Positions 53,226 to 64,000 of a stretch of DNA of 64,000 nt are shown here, piece after piece. Source of the DNA: Callorhinchus milii (taxonomy: Eukaryota); assembly GCF_018977255.1 (NCBI RefSeq), contig NW_024704743.1, positions 82,772,001 through 82,836,000 on the forward strand, read 5' to 3'. The notes under the pieces are model-generated. The model made no database searches. It was given only the letters and a program-made list of their open reading frames with translations, and was not told the DNA's origin. The position numbers and the translations under genes were made by a program. The stretch's first letter is position 1; every line of letters starts with the position of its first letter.

Positions 53226-54129
53226 TCACAGGGAATATATTTATTACACCATGGCTGCCTGTGACATTCTATTCATAACACCTGCAGTATGTTCTCAGCC
53301 CAAAATAAACCCAATACTGTATTTTCCTTTTTTGGACCTAAAGGAAATCGGTCGAGGTGGCTTGTGGCATCTCTTGTTCACCATGAAGCCATGTCACACA
53401 AACAGGATTTTTATTCACACTATTATTTCTGCTCAATAGCATTCTAAGTCAAACTATTTTTAGAATAAACAGCATCAGTTGTTCTCATGCAGACGGAACC
53501 ATCTGACACGTAATGAAAAATTTGACTTCAGACTGTGATGATTTTCGGGCTTAAAGGTTTCAGAAGGGAAAAATATATTATGGGTAGATCAATCATTATG
53601 ATTTATTTTTCAGTGCAAATTGCATGTGTGCAAAGGCCTATTGGTGGTGGTGGTGGGACAGGTGGCCAGGAATACGAGGACGTGGCAACAGGTTTGGGTG
53701 TGAAAGAATTTGTTTGGTTCAGAAGTTCTGAAATAAAACTTGGAGCAGAAATGTAGACAAACTACTATTGGGTTTGGCTTTAGGTTTTCAAGTTTTATGA
53801 AAGACGACGTTTCAGCTAACTGATTACACCTTTCGACATCCTGCTAATTATTTCTTATTATAAATATCTATGAATCTTTTTGGTTCCAGTGTTGCTTTCG
53901 CTGATGATTTTTCAGAAGCTCATTGTCTGAATGAATCTCTCTCTCTTCTGTACTCTGAGTCACCTCAGTTTACTGTAATGATTCACATACTCAATTTCTT
54001 TTAAACAATCCCGTGCACTCATTCAGTCACTGATATCTTATAGAAGACCTAAATGCAGATCAGAAGGTTGTAGATTTCAATCTGTTCTAAGTCAAGCTGA
54101 TCATAGCCAGGGTGGTGGTGGTAGTAGTA

Positions 54130-54457
54130 GTAATAATAATAATTTAATAGTAATAATCCTTGCATTTGATATAGCGCTTTTCATATCTTCTAGATGCCTC
54201 AAAGTGCTTCACAGAATATTCTGTAAAGTGAATTGACCGTATATTTGTGGGCGAAACGCGGCAGCCAATTGCGCACAGCAGTGTCCCGCAAGCAGTCCCG
54301 ATTTGAAAATGACCAATTTATTATTGTTTTGTTTTGGAGGGATTATTATTAGGTGTGTGGAGTAAGGACACTTGCCCAAGGTTTCGCCCTGCCTGGAACT
54401 GAACCCAGGTATCTCACTTGCAAGGCGAGTGCTCTAACCACTGAGCTACAGGACTCC
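54130..54457 (-). mobile_element. SINE, internally deleted subfamily
   Basis: Junction ggagggattattattaggtgtgtggag, identical in position to the 24879-25193 copy. Confidence 0.92.
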
Positions 54458-55194
54458 ACATAGTTGGGGCAAAATGAATACCAACTTGTACAGGTCAAAC
54501 ATAATCCTATTCATTTGATAGATTTTTTAAAAAGCTTTTATTTTGTGGTAATTTTGTATCCGTTCTTTGGATGAGACATAAAAGTGAGGCTCCGCCTGGC
54601 TATTCCATGGCATCATTCCAAAAGACAAGGAAGTTTTACCCAGTCTCCTGGCTAACAATCCCCCAAATAAAAAATTGGTCATCACCTTCATTGGAACTAT
54701 ACAAGCAGATTTGACCTGCATCATATGGTCAAAGGTCAAGTCTCAAAGGGCTTTTTACTGTTTTACTGTAAAGTGGAGTGACTGTGTATTTTGTATGCAC
54801 ACAAATGTCAGCTAAAAAAGCTTTACTAAAATGATTAAGGTAGGAATGCCAAAATGTACTGCCTTGTTCAGGTATTGGTTAAATTCTCCGATAATTAATT
54901 ACCCAAGTTAGAATTCAAAATGGCTTTTAGAGATATTTCAACCTTAATTATTTCAGCAAAGCTTTTTTAGTTGACATTTTATTCCTGGGGAGAGTGGTAT
55001 AGTCAGGTCTCTCTTGTGATGGTTGAGCCTGGAGATGATTTAAGGTTTTGCACATGCTCATTAAGGTGTGTATGTGTGTGAGTGACTGACTGACTGGCAC
55101 CCCCATCATGTTGGCTGAGGTAAAATAAACCCTTTATAATTTTTTGATGGCCTGTGGATGAATGCATTTACCTATATATGTATATATATTGTAT

Positions 55195-55535
55195 GGAGTC
55201 CTGTAGGTTATTGGTTGGAGCACTCGCCTCCCAAGTGAGAGGACCCAGGTTCGATACCTGGGCGAGGTAAAACGTTAGGCAAGTTTCTTTGCTCCACGAG
55301 CCTGTTTACCTAGCATTAGTCGATTGGCAGATCGCTTTCTGGGGGTAATATTCCCATCAAAAAAAAAGTAATAATAATAATTTGATCCCTCAATCCATGA
55401 CTGTTTATGGGACACTGCTGTGCGCAATTGGCTGCCGCATTTAGCTCACAAAATATACAGTCAATTCACTTTACGGTATATTCTATGAAGAGTCTCAATG
55501 GCGTGATAAGACACTATATCAAATGCGAGGAATAC
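55195..55535 (+). mobile_element. Near full-length tRNA-derived SINE
   Basis: ggagtcctgtaggtta..., ggttcgatacc, tail cactatatcaaatgcgagg. Confidence 0.9.
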
Positions 55536-56279
55536 TTTTATAGGGTCATTAATGAGAACCTTTCCTGGACTTGAGAGAAACGTTATAACATGTTAGTTCC
55601 AAAAGATCAACGACCGAGAGATTACCTATATATTTTTTCTTTCAATGTTCCAGATCGTCCTCTGAATTCGTCTCCTGAAACACTGATGAGGGTTTAGAAA
55701 GTTGAAGAGCAATCCAAGAGTTTGCTGAATCAGTGCAAGGATTATTATAACAATGAGTGTTGCTGAAATACCGAGGCAATTAATTTTACAAAATTGTTGC
55801 TTAACACACAAGGAAACATGACCTATAAACCATGCATGAGTAAGGTTGACAACTTCAACCAATAACAAGATACAGCAGCCTTCGCAATTTAAGATTTGCA
55901 TGAGTTTGTGATGGAGCTAGACTGTTAGAGAAATCGCCATCTCCGTGACTGCAAAGATACCCCAAAGAACCAAGTGTCATGACACATCTGATAGAATAAC
56001 ATCAAATTGTCATACGCATCATGCCAGCATACAAAATGCCTTATGTCCAACTAAACCTATTTCTCATAAAATCTTTAAAAATGGAGAGACAAATTATTTT
56101 GATTTATTTCATTGTGTACAAGATTGCGAGAGAGCACATGCATAAATGACCATGTTTTTATCGTAGAAATGCACTGTACCCCAAAAGATCTGTCCCAGCC
56201 ATATCCATATCTGTGCGGCTTGTCTGATTTTTAAGTAAAACCTGTCTCTGTCCAACATACCATCTCTCCCTGTTGCGCA

Positions 56280-56946
56280 ATGGATGAGATTTAAACCGAG
56301 GTCCTGGCTGCCTGTTCAGGTAGGACTTTAAAAATTTTGTAGCACTATTCGAAAAGAGGAGGGAGTTTTACATGGTGTCCAGCCAACATTCTCCAAATAA
56401 AATCGGTCACTCACTGCATGGCTGTTTGTGGGAGATTACTGGGTGCAAATTGATTACTACGTTTGCCCACAAAATACTCAGACACACCACTTTGCAGTGT
56501 ACTGTGGAGTCCTGTAGCTCAGGCGTTAGAGTACTCGCCTCGCAAGGGAGAGACCTGGGTTCGATTCCAGGACGGACGAAATGTGGGAAAGTTTCTTTAC
56601 TCCACACACCTCTGTTTACCTAGCAGTAAGTAGGAACCCGGGTGTTAATCGATTGGTGGCTTGCTTTTCTGGGGGTAATAATTCCGTAAAAAATAATTTT
56701 AAAAAAATTGTTGACTTCAATCCTCGACTGTTTGGGGGATACTGCTGTGTGCAAGTTGGCTGCCGCATTTCGCCCCACAAAGTGTCTGGTCGACTCACTT
56801 TACAGTGTATTCTGTGAAATACTTTGAGATGTCTCGAAGACGTGATAAGGCGCTATATCAAATGCAAGGGTTATTATTATATTCTGTGCAGCATTTTGAG
56901 AATTCTCGACGGCATGATAAGAAACTAAACTAAATCAAAGAATAAT
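56280..56946 (+). mobile_element. Old DeuSINE whose tail is interrupted by a young SINE (56506-56880)
   Basis: ggatgagatttaaaccgaggtcctggctgcctgttcagg...ctttgcagtgt | resumes attctgtgcagcattttgag...catgataag. Confidence 0.72.
56506..56880 (+). mobile_element. Full-length tRNA-derived SINE
   Basis: ggagtcctgtagctcaggcgttagag, B box gggttcgattcc, tail aaggcgctatatcaaatgcaagggttattattat. Confidence 0.93.
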
Positions 56947-57030
56947 CTATTGATAGGATGTAGAACAGGTGAGGGTGCTTAGTTCCCAGAACAAACTGAC
57001 CAATTAGAGATGCCATAAAAAATGTAATAG

Positions 57031-57106
57031 ACAACAACAACAACAACAAGATTACATTTGTATAGCGCCTTCCATGTCAGGAGGACGTCCCAAGGCGCTG
57101 GAACAA
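57031..57106 (-). mobile_element. Short L2 3' tail
   Basis: (caa)n gattacatttgtatagcgccttccatgtcaggaggacgtcccaaggcgctg; similar short tails at about 7245-7307, 25474-25540 and 27330-27391. Confidence 0.8.
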
Positions 57107-57134
57107 ACTGTACATAATAATTTTGTACAGCTCT

Positions 57135-57316
57135 AATAATAATGTGGTCACTCAATCCATGACTATTTGTGGGACACTGCCGTGCACCATTTGCTGTCCG
57201 TTTCACCCACAGAATGTACAAGCAGTTCAACGTGCAGTATATTCTGTGAAGCGCTTTGAAATGACTCAATACCATGATAAGGCGCTATATCAAATGCAAG
57301 GATTATTGTTATTACT
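57135..57316 (+). mobile_element. SINE 3' half
   Basis: ggtcactcaatccatgac...aaggcgctatatcaaatgcaaggattattg. Confidence 0.88.
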
Positions 57317-58075
57317 ACATGTAGGGTCACAACCTCTTTTTGCTGTTCAGGAATTAATTTACTTCTTTACATTTTAATACTTTTTTTCCCTCCGCAAACA
57401 GCATTCCTTGAGGAGAAGGCTAAAAAAAACTCTATTTAAAAATCCCCTAAATGTCATATGGAGGATATAAACCATGAACTTAGTGTTCACTGGTTTTCAG
57501 TCCCCTGTTTGCCGTTTGAAAATTTTTATTGTTAATAAAATGTTGTTTTATAAAGTACTGAAAGAAAAGTACTGGAAGAAGTATGTTCTTTAAAATTTAA
57601 ACTTAAATACCTTTTTGATATAAAAAATAAACCATTTGATAAGATCTTTAATGGCCAAAAGATTATTAATGGAGTTACCTAGAGTAATACAGCACAAAAC
57701 CAGGCCATTAGGCCCAGTAAGTCTGTGTTCATACTCCACGAGCCACCACCTCTCTTATTTCCCTTATTTCCTACATACACCTTTCTTCCCTTTTCTATAT
57801 CCCTTCTCCATTTCCCTCTATTCCCTTCTCCCTTATGTATGCATTACTCATATATATTCAAGCCATGATCTTATAGGTTTCCTGATTCTTATACATTGAT
57901 ATGTTAAATCTTTACTGCCGTTAGTTTCAAAGAAGGAACCCAGGAGTAGAAAGAGAAAGAGAGACCAGAAAGTAAGGTATAGATCTATTGAGCTTGGAGA
58001 ATGGGAACATAAAAAACTTTCATCTTTCATTGTTCAAAAGAACATATTCAGTGATACAACAATAAAACTTGCATT

Positions 58076-59488
58076 GGTGCTCATAGCACAGAAACTGCCC
58101 TGGTCAAGGTCACCAATGATATCCTGACCATCTGTGACCAGGGCTCCCTCTGCCTCCTCGTCCTCCTCGACCTATCGGCAGCATTCGAAATGGTCGACCA
58201 CGCTATCCTACTCCACCGCTTGTCCTCCCACCTCAACCTTCAAGGCACTGTCCTTGAATGGTTTAGGTCGTACCTTTCTCACCGTCTTCACTTTGTCTCC
58301 ACAAATGGCTTCTCCTCCACCCCCCGCACTGTCTCATGTGGTGTCCCTCAGGGCTCTGTCCTCGGTCCCCTCCTCTTCACCCTCTATATGCTCCCCCTTG
58401 GTGACATCATCCGCAGACATGGAGTTAACTTCCACATGTATGCGGATGACACCCAACTCTACCTTTCCTCCTCTACCCTCAACTCCACGACCACCGATGT
58501 CCTGACAGCCTGCCTGTCCGACATCGAGTCCTGGACGAGAGACAACTTTCTTCAGCTCAACGTGCGCAAAACCGAGGCCCTCCTGATTGGCTCACGTCAG
58601 TGCCTCCGCACCTCAGGCGCTGACACCATCAGCATCCAAGGCTGCACTCTCCACCTCTCAAAGCCGGTCAGGAACCTCGGCGTTTTGTTCGACCCTGAGC
58701 TGTCCTTTCTCCCTCACATCCGCACCACAACTGGCACCGCCTTCCATCACCTCCGGAACATCGCCAGACTACGGCACTACCTCACCCCTCACGCTGCTGA
58801 AACCCTGGTCCACGCCTTTGTCACCTCAAGGCTGGACTATGGGAACTCTCTCCTCGCCGGCCTTCCCGCCACCTCCCTCCACAAGCTACAGGTCATTCAG
58901 AACTCTGCAGCTCGTGTACTGTCCCGCACCAGGCTTCGGGATCACATCACTCCCACCCTCGCTCGCCTCCACTGGCTCCCCATCCCCCAGAGGGTTGATT
59001 TCAAGATCCTCATCCTCACCTATAAGGCCATCCACAGCCTCGCTCCCTCCTACCTCTCTGACCTACTATCCCCCTACCTACCTGCCCGTACCCTCCGTTC
59101 CTCCGGCTCCGGTCTGCTCCACATCCCCTGCCCCAACCGCCCTACCATCGGTGGTCGGGCCTTCAGCCTCTCAGGCCCCACGCTCTGGAACTCCATCCCC
59201 CAGTGCCTTCGCCTTGCTTCCTCCCTCTCCACCTTCAAGGCCGGTCTCAAAACCTTTCTCTTTGACCGTGCCTTCAGCTCCCCTCTCGACTCTCTACCCC
59301 CTCCTCGCTCCCTCCCTTCCCTTCCCTAACCCTGACCATTTCCCCCCTCCTCGCTCCCTCCCTTCCCTCCCCTCACCCTGACCATTTCCCCAATGCTCGG
59401 GTCCTGACCCAACTGTGCAGCGCCTTGGGACGTCCTCCTGACGTGAAAGGCGCTTTATAAATGGAATCTTGTTGTTGTTGTTGTTGTT
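58076..59488 (+). mobile_element. 5'-truncated L2-clade LINE with uninterrupted RT/C-terminal ORF2 (58079-59329) and (TTG)n tail
   Basis: Frame open from [14 protein letters not shown] through [45 protein letters not shown] and LHWLP; 3' end tgaaaggcgctttataaatggaatc(ttg)n. Confidence 0.96.
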
Positions 59489-60714
59489 CATCTGTGTGTC
59501 TGTGTGTGTAGTGTGTGTATATAAGAATCTTTTTCTATTTTCCATTTTATGCCACCTTTACTCTATCTTCATTTCTTTCACGTTTTTTTGAAAATTACCT
59601 CACTGGAATCGTTAATCTGTACTTTTATGGAGGAGGCTTTAAATGTCATCTTTATAGAAGGAAAAGATTTTGGTTATATAAGTCAAAACATTCTTTTAAA
59701 AACGGGAAATGTACCAGATGGCCCCATACGTATATTGATGTCCTTGTGCACCTTGATGGCATGAATAGATAAAATATGAATCCATGTTAATATTAAGATA
59801 ATATTGACAAAACACACGTATAGTTGTAAATATTCAGGTATCTACTTATAATTTGGAGTATTGAGTATAAAAATGCCAAGACATTACCTGTGGTGAAGGG
59901 TGCTCTATAGATGAAAGTTGTTGTAAGAGCTGGTAAACCAGAAAGCAAGCATGAGAGACAAGGAAACAAAGTATAAGAAAGGGCATGAGGAGAGGTGTAG
60001 AATATAAATGCCAGCACTCGACTAGTTGGTCCAAATGACCTCTCTATCCTGTAATATTCTATGAGATTGTGTATTTTTCACAGGTTCCACTGGGCTAATA
60101 AACACTGCAGATATTGATATCCTACAATCCATATATGTTCAATTTCTATCCCCTTCCTTCCTCTGATTTTCCGATCTTTTTCACTCTCCTCTCTCTGTCT
60201 CTCTTCTATCTCTGTTGTTGTTTCTCAAGTTGATATTCTACAAATGATAATCTCCCTTTTTATGAAGAATATTTCAGACTCTCCCGAATTTTATGTAAGA
60301 TAAGGTTCGGAATGAAGCTGAACAACTGATCCTTATCTAAAAGATCATGTATTTGCCATAAATTCAACTGGGTCACAAAGCATGTACAATTTCACTGATA
60401 TTTGGGCTTGTTTCTTATCTCTACAGTAAATAAATTCACTGCCCTCCCTCCACCCAGACCCATGAAATTAAATTTCCCATCAAAATTTCATTTTTATTTA
60501 GAGCAATTGTATATTTAATTCTCATGTGTTTGTTTGTCTCAACTAAAAGCTCCTTTTACAAGTTATTTTAAGAACTGCAGAAAACTGGCTTCAAAGTTGA
60601 GACTGAATTCCACAATTTGCTGAATTCTGGGTACCTGATCTAAAATGCTACATAAGTAGAGTAAATGTACACCCAGGTGGAATTTCTCCCCATGGATATT
60701 TAAAGAAGACAAGA

Positions 60715-61147
60715 GTTCCAATTAGTACCTCTTTCCCTCCACCCTTGACTCCAGGATCACTGCTGTCCAGATAGACATCAAGTCCCAAGTGAGTCTTAAC
60801 TTCCTCCCCAACTGAACATCGGCAAAACTGATGCCATCCTGCTCGGCTCCCATCACCATTGCCTCACCTCTGGCCCTGACTATATCAATTTCCCTGGATG
60901 CTCAGTCCTGCTTATGGAACTTGTGCATAATCTTGGTGCTTTGTTCTATCCTCAGCTCTCTTTTAAGCTTTTCATCTCTCCTTTAATCTGCAAAATTGCC
61001 TTCCACCACTCCTACCTCACCGCCAATGGACCTGAAGCCCTCTGCCATGATCATCATTGTTTCTAGACTTGATTTCCCCCTAACCGCCTCTCCGGCCTTC
61101 CTACCTCATCCCTCCACAAACTCCAGATTATCCAGAACTCTGTAGCC
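60715..61147 (+). mobile_element. Old L2 RT fragment
   Basis: caactgaacatcggcaaaactgatgccatcctgctcggctcc (QLNIGKTDAILLGS); cacaaactccagattatccagaactctg (HKLQIIQNS). Confidence 0.8.
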
Positions 61148-62194
61148 AATGAGGTTTATAAACTTATCACATGTTTTCTGTATTCACTAACGTTTACAAT
61201 TTGCCAATCCCAAATCATCAAATGCAGCCAATTAAATGTTTGACTTGGCTCCTTGGTCATTTTATAACTGCTGTATTTTGAGATATCAACACTAAGGATG
61301 GATTTGAGAACAGGCTTTGCACCCACCAAGCCTTTAGCCATGTACAATCTACCCCACTGTAGATTCCTATCCAACATTTTTAGTATCCTGGGAGAAAGCC
61401 TTGCACAGATATTCTTCAATCCCTGAAGGCAATCCAGCAAAACCTGCTGTACATTCACCCATTCTCCATGCTTTCTCTATGGAACTCTGTTCTGCCAATT
61501 CATCACAGCTGCACCAAGACCATTGTTCTTGTATCAGTCTAAATGTTCTTGTTTTGGTTTCCAGTGCTATTCCTATCAAAAGCTTACAATTGTCTAACTA
61601 GCCTCTCTATAAACTATTATCTCAAAGCAGTTTGCATGATTTCAGTGAATGTATAATTTTAGTGATGATATCAAAATTAATATGGACTAGGTTTTAAATA
61701 TTATTGCATAGTGCAGTATTGTCTACATGTTTGTGATGCCATGCTGAAGTTTAGTTAAGGGAGGGAAATTGGTTTGGTCAAGCACCCTGTATACTTTCTG
61801 ACATGTAAACAATTTGCCTGAGGGATTTCATGTTTTATAAATTTATTATAGGCCGATTATAATGAAGAAACTTTTAGATCAAACCCAGTTGTTTTTTTGT
61901 CCAGTGTTTTTAGGTCAGCAATAGTACGGCATTCTGGATTTAAAGTGAAAAATGGGTCTGTTCAGTTTCTCTGGATATTCTACCTAACTAGATGTAAATC
62001 AAAGCAACAGACTTTCGTTCAGATCTCACATAAGGTTGGCATGTGGCCTTTTCAAGTAAACTTCTTGACCTTAATACTCCTGAATCGTAGTCATATTTGT
62101 CTTACTACACAAAAACAGAGAAAACTGACATACTGCCTGAGGAGGTTTCCTAATACATTTCCATACTTGTCGGTATACATCAGAGACTGATATC

Positions 62195-62240
62195 TGTGTG
62201 TGTGTGTCTGTATGTGTGTCTGTATGTGTGTGTGTGTGTT
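62195..62240 (+). repeat. Imperfect (TG)n microsatellite
   Basis: tgtgtgtgtgtgtctgtatgtgtgtctgtatgtgtgtgtgtgtg. Confidence 0.85.
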
Positions 62241-64000
62241 TCTTTTGCAAAAAGGGATAGTGGTGGTAGTTGTATAAAATGAATGATGCATCTGGTTTGA
62301 TCAGTTATTAACTTTATTGCTTCAACGTGTTCTCCCACAAGACAAAGACGATACATACCTTAAGAAATAGATTATTTTACGTAACAATCTTATTTCAACT
62401 ATAATTTAGACTCTTTCAGAGCATTACTTTTACATTTAATGACTATTTTTAAATCTAGCTGGAAATTTATTCTTGTGAGTAGAAATACATAGCCTTTGCG
62501 TGTGTGCCATTTTGTTGCTCATCTTCTCTTCTTCATTTCAATGCAGCGTTCAATTATTTAATGAAATACATTTTAATTAAATATAGTCCACATCCCACTT
62601 CAATGTTTATATTGTATATTTTTTAAAAAAGTTGCTTATTGCCACTTGCTACGTTGCACACTTCTATCCCACATGTCAAGTCAAATATGCAGAGCCTCCT
62701 CTGCAAATGCCTATTCCCTCAAAATGCAATAATTTTTAAACTCGTAATTATGTTTTTATTGCAGAGTGAGAGATGCAGTTTCTAGCTGTCCCACTTTTAC
62801 AAGGATTTATCTGTTAACTGTAGGGAAATTGGAATTGTCCAGTCGTCTGCAAAATTGTCTGACACATATCACTCCCATAAATATAATCTTCAGTGCATCA
62901 AGAACTTTTTAGAGGTACCCTGTGGGTGATTTTCATACAATTATACTGAAAGTGTAGATAGGCAACAAATCTCAGCGCTCTTTCCAGTTCAGTAAAAGAT
63001 GTTCAAGGGTTGTAATGCTTTGGTTTCATCGTAGGTTCTGGCTAAGTACGTATTTAAATTTATTTTAATATTTTAATATTCTAACATGTTGGCCGTCATG
63101 TTCACAAATCTAATCTATTAATTTATCTAATTTTTAAGCACTAAAACAACCGCTTATTTGCAGTTGCATCTAAACAGTGAGGCAGTGAGCAGTCCTTTCA
63201 TTGTATCTTAATCAATATAAATGTATTTCCAATTTATTAATGTATTGGTGAATATAAAATTATTTTTCTTTTAAGGTCCAAATACACCATACAAAGAAAA
63301 TGTGTGCTTGATTATAAGACTTACTGAGGATCTGGAAAATCATTCTTTTATGTGTGTTTATCTAAAATAATTGTCAAAAGGAAGCAGTAACTGGCCATTG
63401 ATAACATCGTTGATAAATTCTTCACTGAGAAAACCACTGGCACCCTGCATGTCTTCACCCTTGATCTACAAGATGCTCCAGGGAATTCTAAGATCCCTAT
63501 GCTCACTTTGCTGGTGTTTCCAGTTGATGTACTTTGACAGTGAAATAAACCCTAATCTATAGCAATAACACTACTCAGAAGTGTCTTTATTACTGTAGCG
63601 TCAAATCTTGCAGAAATGCATCATTTTTGTCCATCCACCTCCCATCCTTCTTCCACATTCTGACGACTATGGTTATCTTGTCGAGCCCCAGCATGGTGAT
63701 TAAGTGTCCTAAGGGTTAAATGAATGCTCCAAAATAAGGCCTCCTTTGACATATCCAGCAAAATTACCCCACAAATGTTTGTTCAAAAATATTTACTTTT
63801 TTTTACAATCGTTGCTATATGTATTATTTATTATTGAATATAATTTATTCAACTACTATTAATTATGAAATAATTATTGATATTTCTCAATGTCTCAGTA
63901 GGTGAATTATAATATGTGACAAATTATTTTTACGAAACAAAATTCTCAGTCTTTTGTCCAAAAACTAAATGTTCATCAAATAAATACTTCAAGATGAGAC

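Noticed and set aside
56506..56580. tRNA-Ala(CGC)-like sequences at SINE heads (also 1220, 9659, 55195 and minus-strand copies)
   Set aside because: They continue into SINE body and tail, and lack a proper acceptor stem and oligo-T terminator; SINE heads, not tRNA genes.
58587..59381. 264-aa Ser/Pro-rich ORF and 58134-58505 ORF
   Set aside because: Alternate frames of the C-rich L2 ORF2.

Overview
AT-rich vertebrate genomic DNA, most likely a cartilaginous fish. The tRNA-headed Deu-domain SINEs, GC-rich L2 LINEs with (TTG)n tails and CR1 tails resemble the elephant shark (Callorhinchus milii) repeat set; this is inferred from memory, not searched. The window appears to lie inside a large + strand gene. 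One 115-bp coding exon at 12663-12777 encodes (G)SKPFRCTLCNFATAQLGDARNHVKRHLGVREYKCHMCG, a C2H2 zinc-finger exon I recognise as ZNF407. The flanking exons are not in the window, so the rest is presumably intron. The top finding is too short for the ORF track: a compact, intronless, apparently complete gene nested in that intron. It has a TATA box at 22301, a strong-Kozak ATG at 22356, a 43-aa Arg/Lys/His-rich ORF (MARARFSKRRTGKSRKFGKKRGRHHRRHRHHRRRHGGKRKHQL*), AATAAA at 22694 and an upstream 12-bp tandem array of CRE-like motifs. It looks like a protamine / sperm nuclear basic protein gene. Other observations: a direct-plus-inverted local duplication at 10.5-11.6 kb, an internally deleted SINE subfamily, nested SINE insertions, a hAT-type MITE, an unclassified two-copy repeat, a young 5'-truncated L2 with an open RT frame, and repeat-poor blocks that are candidate conserved enhancers. 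Repeat boundaries were read by eye and are approximate.
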